Below are positions 17,940 to 25,659 of a stretch of 25,661 nt of DNA, piece after piece (position 1 is the stretch's first letter; every line of letters starts with the position of its first letter). Under the pieces are notes generated by a model that saw nothing but the letters and a program-made list of their open reading frames with translations, was not told where the DNA came from and did not search any database. The DNA comes from a virus (taxonomy: Duplodnaviria > Caudoviricetes). The stretch covers positions 1-25,661 of IMG/VR virus record IMGVR_UViG_3300049185_000033. One strand, 5' to 3'. The position numbers were made by a program, and so were the translations under genes.

Positions 17940-18473
17940 CTAGGAATTTGCGGCCAGGGCATGCGGCTTGAGCACGCTGCCCATGCTGCCCAGGGGCGAA
18001 AGGTCAACGCCGAAGCCGAACAGCGCACTGCCGTGGCTGGCGGCCTCTTGTCGGCCGTTGTCGCGCAGCACGCCGAAGCGCAGCCGCGCCTGGATCAGCA
18101 GTACCGAGGTGCACGCCTTCAGCGCACGCTGGAAAGTGCGCGTCTCGGTGTGCGACGGGATCAGCAGCAGCACCTTGCGGCGCTGGCCCTCGTCGATGCA
18201 GCGGTCGACCCAGCGGTCGCGCGCCTCGCCGTAGGGCGGGTTGCACCAGACGACGTCCGCGTCCCACGGCAGCGCGCAGCCGTCTGCGGGCAGGCAGTAC
18301 CACTGGGCCGCCTTGGTGGGGTTGTCCGGCTCGGTGCAGGGGTCCAGGCCGAAGCCTCCGACCAGCTCGCGCACCGGCTCCAGAAGGTAGGGCGGGGTCA
18401 GCATGGCCTGGCGGGCGTGCTCATCGGGGCGACGGCGCTTGGCGTTGTCGAAGCGGTGGGCTGCAATGCTCAT
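17940..18473 (-). CDS. Phage DNA N6-adenine methyltransferase (T1/HP1 Dam-like family)
   Basis: TPP…FGLDPC…DGCALPW…WCNPPY…LLIPSHTET…RLRF. Confidence 0.88.
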   Translation of the reverse strand: MSIAAHRFDNAKRRRPDEHARQAMLTPPYLLEPVRELVGGFGLDPCTEPDNPTKAAQWYCLPADGCALPWDADVVWCNPPYGEARDRWVDRCIDEGQRRKVLLLIPSHTETRTFQRALKACTSVLLIQARLRFGVLRDNGRQEAASHGSALFGFGVDLSPLGSMGSVLKPHALAANS

Positions 18474-18494
18474 TTCAATGTGCGACCGGCGGGG

Positions 18495-18704
18495 TTAGTA
18501 AAAGTCGGGCTCGTCCAGCGTCGGGCAGGCGCCGTAGTGCACGCCGATGCTGGTGCTTTTGCAGCCAGGGCAGCCGCCCGCAGCAGCGAAGCGTTCGTCG
18601 GCGCGGCGCATGGTCTCCAGCAGCTCGGGCGGCAGGCTGGCGACGACGGCGGCTTCGGCGGCCCGAACGCGGGCGGTTTCGATCTGGCGGATCAGGTCGC
18701 TCAT
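18495..18704 (-). CDS. Small hypothetical protein with CxxC…H…C
   Basis: ATGA-coupled to the upstream gene; GGCPGCKSTSIGVHYGACP. Confidence 0.65.
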   Translation of the reverse strand: MSDLIRQIETARVRAAEAAVVASLPPELLETMRRADERFAAAGGCPGCKSTSIGVHYGACPTLDEPDFY

Positions 18705-18997
18705 GTCGGTGTGCCCTGTGAGGGGATGGTTTTCTGATCGGCCTCGAACTTCTCCAGCTCTTGCAACACCGCGTAGAGGGTGACGATGCCGCACGTCAGC
18801 AGGCCCTCGACTGGTTCGGTGCGTTCGCGCCAGCCTGGGAACCCGAACTGGAAGTCGGCGATCTGGCCGCGCAGCGTGGTCATACGCTGGCGAAGCTCCT
18901 TGATGACTTCGCTCATGGGGCGGTTCAGGTCCGTGCCGTAAATCGGGTTGGCCTTGTAGCGTTCGGCCATCTCGGCCGCTCGTTCCGGGCTGAGCAT
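18701..18997 (-). CDS. Hypothetical protein (98 aa)
   Basis: AAGGAGG RBS; start overlaps the upstream stop (GTGATG). Confidence 0.7.
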   Translation of the reverse strand: MLSPERAAEMAERYKANPIYGTDLNRPMSEVIKELRQRMTTLRGQIADFQFGFPGWRERTEPVEGLLTCGIVTLYAVLQELEKFEADQKTIPSQGTPT

Positions 18998-20064
18998 CAC
19001 GCGCCCTCCTTGTTCTGTACCGGATGATGGGACGCCATCGCCGCGTCCATGGCTTCGTCCAGATAGCTCTCGTAAAGCGCGTCCGTCCACTGCACCGGCT
19101 TGCCGTTGCCCGGCGCGTTGAACACCATTGGCGCCCTGGCCCTGGTGTCTCGGTTGGCCTTGTCGCGCAGCCACCGATACCGCGCCGCGTCGCGGGCGTC
19201 TTCAGCCTTTACTGCGGGGGCTCGAACTGGCGCTGCTTTGGGCTGCGCGGCCTCGAAGATTCGGCGCACGGCATCCCCTAAGAGGTCGAACGCAGCGACA
19301 TGCCACTCTTCCCAGGTCTCATCGTCCTCGGGCTGCTTTGAGCCGTGGTCGTGGATGGCGCCAATGACGCGTGACCGCAGTTCGTCGAAGTCGAATGGAG
19401 CTGCGGCTTTGGGTGCAGGCGCGGGGGCTTGAGCGTCGCGAATGGCCGCCTCAGCGTCAGCACGCCACACCACAGGCTCGCCGCGTTTCCCGCACGACAA
19501 CCCCGGCAGGCCGTTGGCCTCGATGCCGTCGTCGCTCAGGCAGACGTAGGCAACCGTCTCCAGTTGTGCAGGCCCCTTGGGCTGTGGCTTGCCAGTCTTG
19601 ACGGCAGCGAGGATTGCGGCCCAAGAGCCGGCGCCGTAGTGCTCATCGACAGCATCCTCCAGGGCATCGCCACGATGGTCCCAGCTGCCAATCTCGTGCA
19701 GCCGCTGCGATGCATCCCCCTCTGCTGGGGCTGCTGCTTCCTGGCGGGGCGCGCAGCACTCGCGCTCGCAGGCGGACCGGCCACAGTTCCGGCCGCCGTA
19801 GTTGCAACCATTGACGAACCGCTCCGGCACTGCGGATGCAGGAACAGGGGATGGGGCGGCGGCCAGAACCGTCGCGGTCGTCTCGTCCAGCAGCGCATCG
19901 AACTTGCCGCGCGTGATGTCGGACTTGGCGTTTTGCGAGTAGCTTTCGCTGTCGGCCTGCTGCCAGTAGGTCTGACCCAGGTTGAATGCCTTGCGCAGTG
20001 CCGCGGCTACGGTGTCATGCAGGGCCGGCGCATCTGCGCCAGGAGGGGCTTGGAATTCGGTCAT
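18997..20064 (-). CDS. Mosaic phage early protein (Ead/Ea22-like modular type)
   Basis: 355 aa with small domains separated by Ala/Pro linkers; RDAARYRWLR…LDEAMDAAM C-terminal motif. Confidence 0.7.
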   Translation of the reverse strand: MTEFQAPPGADAPALHDTVAAALRKAFNLGQTYWQQADSESYSQNAKSDITRGKFDALLDETTATVLAAAPSPVPASAVPERFVNGCNYGGRNCGRSACERECCAPRQEAAAPAEGDASQRLHEIGSWDHRGDALEDAVDEHYGAGSWAAILAAVKTGKPQPKGPAQLETVAYVCLSDDGIEANGLPGLSCGKRGEPVVWRADAEAAIRDAQAPAPAPKAAAPFDFDELRSRVIGAIHDHGSKQPEDDETWEEWHVAAFDLLGDAVRRIFEAAQPKAAPVRAPAVKAEDARDAARYRWLRDKANRDTRARAPMVFNAPGNGKPVQWTDALYESYLDEAMDAAMASHHPVQNKEGA

Positions 20065-20066
20065 GG

Positions 20067-20894
20067 TCAGGCTCTCGCAAGGTCGTGATCGCGCGGCACG
20101 CTGAAGCCGGCCGCATGCTTGTGGCCGCCACCGCCGTACTGGCCGGCGATCAGCGACACGTCAGCGCCATCCGGGCGGCTGCGCAGGCTGAAGCAGCGGC
20201 GCTGCTCGGTGTCGAAGTAGGTGGCGGCGAACGGCACACCCTCGTTCATGAAGTGGCCGGCGTCGCTCGCCAGGAAGCCGGGCACGTTTGCAACCGGCAC
20301 GATCTGGCCCCCGATGACGGCGCTGCGCTGTGTGGAGCGCACCGCGTCGGCCACCTGCTTCTCCACCAGCCGCACCAGCGCTTCGCCCTGGGCCAGCGCT
20401 ATGGTCTGCCGCCGCAGGTCGCCGAGCATGATGTCGTCCCAGGCGTCGAATGTGTGCGGCACGCTGCCGAGGTAGGCGTGGGATGCCTTGGTGTCCGGGA
20501 AACGGAAGCGCCACAGGTCTCGGTCTTCGACGAAGCTCAGAAAGACCGGGCGAGACACGTTCGGGAACAGGAAGTCCCATGCCATGCCGGCGCCGCTGCG
20601 CTGCATGTCGAAGTGGACGTGCAGGCGCGGGTGGGTCAGCCCAGCCAGCGCCGCCTCGGCGGACTGGTGGTGATCCAGCACCGTCACGCCCGCCGCTGTC
20701 TCGGCCATCGCCAGCAGCTGCTCGCGCGGATAGCTGAAGTCCACGAGGTAGACCTGGCGGCCGGCGACATCGGGCGGCTCCTGGCCGTAGCTAGCCGGCA
20801 GGAATTCGAACGTGCCGGGCGCGGCGTGGTGGAAGCACCAGGCGGCCGTGAAGCCATCGGTGCAGTTGGCGTGGTAGATCACCAGTTGCTTCAT
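20067..20894 (-). CDS. DHH/DHHA1 family phosphoesterase
   Basis: YHANCTDG, LVDFS, LDHH, EDRDLW, FSLRS and GGGGHKHAAGF. AAGGA RBS before ATG 20894. Confidence 0.92.
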   Translation of the reverse strand: MKQLVIYHANCTDGFTAAWCFHHAAPGTFEFLPASYGQEPPDVAGRQVYLVDFSYPREQLLAMAETAAGVTVLDHHQSAEAALAGLTHPRLHVHFDMQRSGAGMAWDFLFPNVSRPVFLSFVEDRDLWRFRFPDTKASHAYLGSVPHTFDAWDDIMLGDLRRQTIALAQGEALVRLVEKQVADAVRSTQRSAVIGGQIVPVANVPGFLASDAGHFMNEGVPFAATYFDTEQRRCFSLRSRPDGADVSLIAGQYGGGGHKHAAGFSVPRDHDLARA

Positions 20895-21858
20895 GGTTGT
20901 TCCTTCGTTGCAGGTGTGGCGCCAGGGGCTGGGTTTTTGGAGAGCGCGACCATCTCGTCGCACACCTTGTCCAGGCCGGCCGGCGTGTAGCCCAACCATT
21001 CGTTGGTTGGGTCGGTGATGCGTGGGGCGAAGCTGAAGCGACCCTCACGCAGTGCGCGATACCGCGCCGCGTCACGCACATCCGCCTCGGCCGGCGCCGA
21101 CGCGGCAGGGGCTGCGGCGCGGGCGTAGTCGCGCATCTGGTCAGCCGTGAACAGCGCCTCGTTGCGCCAGCCGTCGCCCTCCGACCAATCAAGCGCGGGC
21201 TCACACATGGCGCGGTGGACGATGAAAGCGGCAGCACCGGGCAGCGGCGGCAGATTCCCATCCCCTGCGCGGGCGGCTTGGAAGCGAGGGCGTCACGCAG
21301 GATGCCGAGCGTGGAATCGGGCTTCGCCATCTCCACCAGCTTCTGGCTCATCTCCGGCGGGCACGGCTCAAGGTCGGGGCGCTCAGCTTCGATCAGGGCC
21401 GCAGCGAGGTCGCGCAGGGCCTGCCGCCACGCCGCCGGCTCTGCCTGCGCGGCAGGGCCATCCTCAAGCGGATGCCAGTTGCCATTGGCGTCATACGTCC
21501 CGGGTTCGCCTTGATCGCCCGTTTCCGGGTCGCCGTAGCGATACACGAGGCGCACCGGCTCATCCCCAACCGTCAGGGATGGGGCGGCCTGCTGTGCCGG
21601 GGCGGCGAGCCACGCCACGCAAGCGTCATGCGCATCCTTGACGTGGGCCAGCGGCGGATCGATGTCCCATGCGGACAGCTCCTCGGCCAGTGCCGCGCGA
21701 CACGTCTCGATCAAAGCGGCCGGCGCCGCCAGGGCGCGCAGCCGATCGACCTCGGCGGCCAGGGCGTCCATCATGTCGGCGGATGCATCAAGGTCCAGGG
21801 TGCGCAGCGAGGCGGCCAGGCTCCGGGCTTCGGTGATGTTCGGTGTGGGTGTGGTCAT
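20891..21858 (-). CDS. Mosaic phage early protein (Ead/Ea22-like), with apparent frameshift at about 21255-21262
   Basis: ATG 21858 (MTTPTPN…). After PPAQGM the plausible coding sequence continues in another frame (LPPLP…LFTADQMRDYARAA…RDAARYRALR), whose stop is ATGA-coupled to the DHH gene. Confidence 0.65.
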
Positions 21859-21884
21859 GTTGGTGCTCTTCCCGTCCATTGGAA

Positions 21885-22160
21885 TCAGGCGGCCGGCAAG
21901 GTCAAGAAGCGGCGGACGAACTCGTCGGGCGGCAGCCGGGCCTCTTGTGGACCGGCCCGGTTGGTCTCGATGCAATCGCCAAGCGTCCAGTCGATGCCGC
22001 TGCACCCGCTGAAATGGGCGCGCTTGAGGCGGTCGTCGATGTCGCCCGGCAGCACCTCATGCAACTGCGCCAGCGTCAGCGCAGGTTCGTAATGGCAGGC
22101 GTCCACGACCGTGCTGAACAGGTTGTAGGCGCCGTCTTTGTGGATGATGAAAATTGGCAT
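21885..22160 (-). CDS. Hypothetical protein (91 aa)
   Basis: ATG 22160 (MPIFIIHKDGAYNLFSTVVDA…NRAGPQE); GAGAG upstream. Confidence 0.7.
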   Translation of the reverse strand: MPIFIIHKDGAYNLFSTVVDACHYEPALTLAQLHEVLPGDIDDRLKRAHFSGCSGIDWTLGDCIETNRAGPQEARLPPDEFVRRFLTLPAA

Positions 22161-22170
22161 GGTCAGACTC

Positions 22171-23087
22171 TCAAGCGGCACATGGGATTTCAGGGATGGT
22201 GGCTTGCACTGAGCAGCCTCCACGCGGCGGCGGCGCACTGGGGTACTTGGCCGTTGCCAATGGCTCTAAGTCGGTCCACCCGAGCGGCCACCCCATCAGC
22301 CACTCGACCCACGTCGGGTTCAGCGGACCAGAAACCCCCGTCCAGTCCACGACCGCCGAGCGCAGGCCATAGCCGCTCGTTTCGCTCGCGCCAGGCGGTT
22401 CGTGTTCCCGTTGACGGTGGGCGTCGGCCACTGCTGCATGGCCTTCGCCATGTCGCGCCGGAATTGCCCGCTGATCTGCGACTTCCCGGACATCGGCGTC
22501 GGCCACTTCGCGCGAGCCGACACCGCCTCGATCAGCGTCCCGCCTTCCCGGGCTTTGCTCGGCGACACCAGTCCACCGTGGTCCCCGAGCGTCGCCGTCG
22601 GCGTGGGCCACAAGCCAGAGCCGGTCCCGCTTGTGAGGGGCGCCAACGTCGGCAGCTCCCAGCACAGCCCACCGCGAGTCATACCCGAGTTCGGCAAGGT
22701 CGCCGAGGACTCGTCCAAGCCCTCGATGAACGAGCGCTGGGGAGTTCTCCACGAAGACGAATCTGGGTCGTACTTCGCCAACCACCCGCGCCATCTCTCG
22801 CCAGAGGCCGGATCGTTCTCCGTCCAGGCCGGCGCCCTTTCCGGCGACGCTGATGTCCTGGCAGGGAAACCCGCCAGAAACCACGTCAACACGGCCGCGC
22901 CAAGGGAGTCCGTCAAAGGTGCGAACGTCATCCCAAATCGGGAAGGGCGGGAGAAGTCCGTCGTTCTGTCGCTGGGCAAGAACGCTTGCGGCGTAGGGTT
23001 CCCACTCGACAGCGCAGACCGTGCGCCATCCGAGGAGGTGTCCTCCAAGAATGCCGCCACCAGCGCCTGCGAAAAGAGCCAGCTCAT
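22171..23087 (-). CDS. Overlapping alternative-frame 'beta' polypeptide of the C5 methyltransferase (WPTP repeats and motif IX-like); needs +1 nt at about 22394
   Basis: ATG 4 nt after the alpha ATG, open for 255 codons with three WPTP repeats. The same single-base fix joins it to GPLNPTWVEWLMGWPLGWTDL. Confidence 0.7.
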
Positions 23088-23091
23088 TCAT
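22190..23091 (-). CDS. DNA (cytosine-5)-methyltransferase, catalytic 'alpha' polypeptide (motifs I-VIII and X); needs +1 nt at about 22394
   Basis: LFAGAGG (I), GGFPCQDIS (IV), VENS (VI) and HKRDRLWLVA (VIII). Motif X RVDRLRAIGNGQVPQCAAAAWRLL is in a different frame ending at TGA 22190. Confidence 0.88.
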
Positions 23092-23117
23092 TGATCCTCA
23101 GTTCCAAAGTAGCGGAA

Positions 23118-23432
23118 TCAGGCGGCGTCGCTGAACCAGTCCGGCGTCGCGTAGTGGCTGATGACGTCGCCGTTGTCCCGGATGGCCTCGCGGCCGTTCA
23201 CGGTGACGACGCACATGCCCGTGGTGTCGCGGGTCAGGCCGACTTCGCGCAGCGCCACAGGCGCCACCGGCTTGACGCTGGGCACGGGCGCGTCCGGGAA
23301 GAGCTGCTTCCATCGCTCGATCATCAGATCGGTGCCGCCCAGGCACGCGGCCTGGATGACGTTGCGGAGTCGGCCGATCTCGGTGGCGTAGTCGTCGAGC
23401 TGGCGGGAGAGAGCTTCGGGTGTGTTGTTCAT
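23118..23432 (-). CDS. Hypothetical protein (104 aa)
   Basis: ATG 23432 (MNNTPEALSRQL…); GGGA upstream; fits the operon. Confidence 0.65.
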   Translation of the reverse strand: MNNTPEALSRQLDDYATEIGRLRNVIQAACLGGTDLMIERWKQLFPDAPVPSVKPVAPVALREVGLTRDTTGMCVVTVNGREAIRDNGDVISHYATPDWFSDAA

Positions 23433-23448
23433 GTGCAAGTCCCATGGG

Positions 23449-23739
23449 CTAGGAAAGGTCGGCGCCCGGCAGCGCCTTGATGCGGTTCACCGCGTCGGCT
23501 TTGGCCGTGAACCACTCGTCTTGGTAGCTGTCCTCCGGGCCGGCCACGCGCACCGCTTGCGCCAGCGCGTGGCGCCGGGAGGCTTGCCACATCACCCAGC
23601 CGATCTGGATCGGCGCCGCGTCGTATTCGTCGGGCGCCTCCGGGTCGCGCCTGAAGGGATCGCCGCGCTTCAGAGAGCACGACACCGGGTAAGCCTTGAC
23701 GTAGGCCGCCTCAAAATCTGCGCGGGGGTCGTTTTCCAT
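23449..23739 (-). CDS. Hypothetical phage protein (96 aa)
   Basis: RADFEAA…Y…IQIGWVMWQASR pattern common in small phage early proteins. Confidence 0.7.
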   Translation of the reverse strand: MENDPRADFEAAYVKAYPVSCSLKRGDPFRRDPEAPDEYDAAPIQIGWVMWQASRRHALAQAVRVAGPEDSYQDEWFTAKADAVNRIKALPGADLS

Positions 23740-23748
23740 ACTCGTCGC

Positions 23749-23973
23749 TCAAGGGTGGGAGACGGTGGCGCCCTGGGCCGGCGCGCCAAGCGCGGCTAGG
23801 TAGTCGAAGACCCAGCCGGCCTTCCAGCGCGCCGCCTTGGGGCTCAGCTTGATCGGCGCGGGGAAGCGGCCGGCCTTGATCTCTGCGTAGAGCCAGGTCT
23901 TCTGCATCTTGATGCGGGCCAGCACTTCGGACAGATCCATCAGCGACTCGCGGTCGAGTTCGGCGGTGGTCAT
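23749..23973 (-). CDS. alpA: AlpA-family regulator/excisionase (recombination directionality factor)
   Basis: LMDLSEVLARIKMQKTWLYAEIKAGRFPAPIKLSPKAARW; ATG 23973. Confidence 0.9.
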   Translation of the reverse strand: MTTAELDRESLMDLSEVLARIKMQKTWLYAEIKAGRFPAPIKLSPKAARWKAGWVFDYLAALGAPAQGATVSHP

Positions 23974-24185
23974 GGTGTGGCGCTCGCTGCCGGTTCGTTC
24001 GCCAAGGCCGCCATGAACAGCGGCCGCTCGCCGTTGCCGGCGTCGTCGCACGTCGCCACCGCATGCTGGCCGGCCGGGCCGTCGGCGGCGGCGTAGCGGG
24101 CGCAGGCGGCGTGCCGCGGGCAGCAGACGCCAAAGCAGGCGGGCGCGGTGGGGTTGGCGCGGTCGATGACGATGAGGCTGCTCAT
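23970..24185 (-). CDS. Small Cys-rich hypothetical protein
   Basis: CFGVCCPRHAACARY…TC; ATGA-coupled on both sides. Confidence 0.7.
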   Translation of the reverse strand: MSSLIVIDRANPTAPACFGVCCPRHAACARYAAADGPAGQHAVATCDDAGNGERPLFMAALANEPAASATP

Positions 24186-24943
24186 GGGCGGCTACCGGTG
24201 ATGGCGCGCACCCAGCTCGACGGCTCGTCGTCGTACTGGCCGGGGCGGCGGGCGCTGAAGATGGGGGCGGCGTTGCCGTGCCAGCGGGCCTCGGGGCCGG
24301 GTACAGCGTGACCAACGGTGACGCGCGTGGCGGCCGTGACGACGCCATCGCCGCGCTCGCGGGCCGGCCCGGCGCTGGGTGCGATGCGCACGCCTGCAGT
24401 GGCCGCCGGTCGGCGCTTGGCGGCGGCGCGGCCGCCGGCCATGGCGGCACGCTCAGCGCGGGCGCGGTTGCGGGCCTCGCGCGCGGCCTGGGCTGCCTGG
24501 CTCCGCAGCGCCTTGGCCGTGGGTGGCGCAGGGCGGGCGGCGTAGGCTGCGGCCCAGGCGGCGTTGGCAAACCAGCGCGCGTGCCGATGAGGGCCGGCGC
24601 GGTGTGCCTGGCCGACGTCGACGAGCTGGGCCAGCCGCGTGGACACGAGCTTCTCGGCCGCGCCCGCCAGGGTGTCGCACGCGGCGTTCCACTCCAGACC
24701 GTCCGGGCCGGCCTGGGCGATGGCGTCGAGCAGGCGCATGCGCTGGGCGTTGGCGGCTGGCTGCCCGTGCAATTGGGTGGCGCGCAGCGTGGCGACGTCC
24801 TTACGCACGCCGGCCCTGCTGGCGATGTAGACGAGTTGCCGTTCGGTCAGGCCGTAGCGCTTCGCGAGCTCGGCGTTGGTGGTGCCAGGGTAGGCGGCCA
24901 GCATGGCGGCGCGGGCCTCGGGAGTGAGCAGGGTGGCGGTCAT
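24182..24943 (-). CDS. Putative DNA-binding protein (N-terminal HTH, possible winged helix)
   Basis: YPGTTNAELAKRYGLTERQLVYIASRAGVRK HTH pattern; basic C-terminal half. Confidence 0.65.
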   Translation of the reverse strand: MTATLLTPEARAAMLAAYPGTTNAELAKRYGLTERQLVYIASRAGVRKDVATLRATQLHGQPAANAQRMRLLDAIAQAGPDGLEWNAACDTLAGAAEKLVSTRLAQLVDVGQAHRAGPHRHARWFANAAWAAAYAARPAPPTAKALRSQAAQAAREARNRARAERAAMAGGRAAAKRRPAATAGVRIAPSAGPARERGDGVVTAATRVTVGHAVPGPEARWHGNAAPIFSARRPGQYDDEPSSWVRAITGSRP

Positions 24944-24957
24944 GGCGTTGGCTCTGC

Positions 24958-25572
24958 TCAGGCGTCGGCTTCGGCGAACAGGGCCTCGTTGCGCGCGAAG
25001 TCAAGTTCGTGATAGCGGTCCAGCCAGCGGTCGCGCCAGTCTTCCCAGTCCATCTTGCAGCGCTCGACGCTGCGCAAGTTGACCCAGTGCGCGGGCTCTA
25101 TGCCTTCAAGGCACGGCCAGGGCTCGGCGGCGGCGGGGGTGTGGCCGGGCATGAGGTCGCGGCGCTCGGTGGCCAGGGCCATGAGGTCGCAGTGCTTGAT
25201 GGCGGCGCGGTGCTGGGCGCTGGCGGTGTGCAGAGCGAAGGCCGTGTGCACGGTGTGCTCGATGCGGCCTTCGAACTGGCGCCACGGTTCGGCGATGGCC
25301 TGCTTGGCGGGGCTGCTGAGGTCGCCGCAGTAGGCCTCGTGTGCGTCGTGCATCAGCGCGGCGAGCAGGCCGTGCACGCTCAGCCGGTGCACATGTTCGG
25401 CAAGGTGGCACACCAGCAAGCAGTGCTCGGCCACGCTGTAGGGGCGCAGGCAGTGGCCGGTGAAGCGATTGGTCTGCGCCAACGCCCAGGCGATGTCCAT
25501 GGGCAGGATGTCGGCCTGGTTCGGCGCGGCGAGGTCGACGCGGCGGCCGGAGGTGGTGAGGATCCAGGTCAT
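24958..25572 (-). CDS. HD-domain phosphohydrolase, YfdR/YfbR-like 5'-deoxynucleotidase family
   Basis: DIAWALAQTNRFTGH, YSVAEH, LMHDAHEAYCGD and DLMALATERRDL. Confidence 0.9.
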   Translation of the reverse strand: MTWILTTSGRRVDLAAPNQADILPMDIAWALAQTNRFTGHCLRPYSVAEHCLLVCHLAEHVHRLSVHGLLAALMHDAHEAYCGDLSSPAKQAIAEPWRQFEGRIEHTVHTAFALHTASAQHRAAIKHCDLMALATERRDLMPGHTPAAAEPWPCLEGIEPAHWVNLRSVERCKMDWEDWRDRWLDRYHELDFARNEALFAEADA

Positions 25573-25584
25573 CGGGTGGCTCTT

Positions 25585-25659
25585 TCAGTCGTCGTCGCGC
25601 TCGCCAGCGGCGAGGCGTTTGGCGTCGAGGCCGTCGGTGCGGCGGCGGGTGGGGGTGGT
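25585..25659 (-). CDS. 3' end of an upstream gene (truncated by window)
   Basis: …TTPTRRRTDGLDAKRLAAGERDDD* ends 12 nt before the HD gene start. Confidence 0.5.
   Translation of the reverse strand, partial: TTPTRRRTDGLDAKRLAAGERDDD

Noticed and set aside
22402-23094. 230-aa plus-strand ORF as a third coding layer over the MTase
   Set aside because: Codon-for-codon antisense to the alpha frame, which is often stop-free in GC-rich genes; no RBS or motif support.
24958-25572. DatZ-like dATPase of a 2-aminoadenine (Z-genome) pathway
   Set aside because: Motifs fit the common YfdR-like prophage family; no purZ, mazZ or DNA polymerase in the window.
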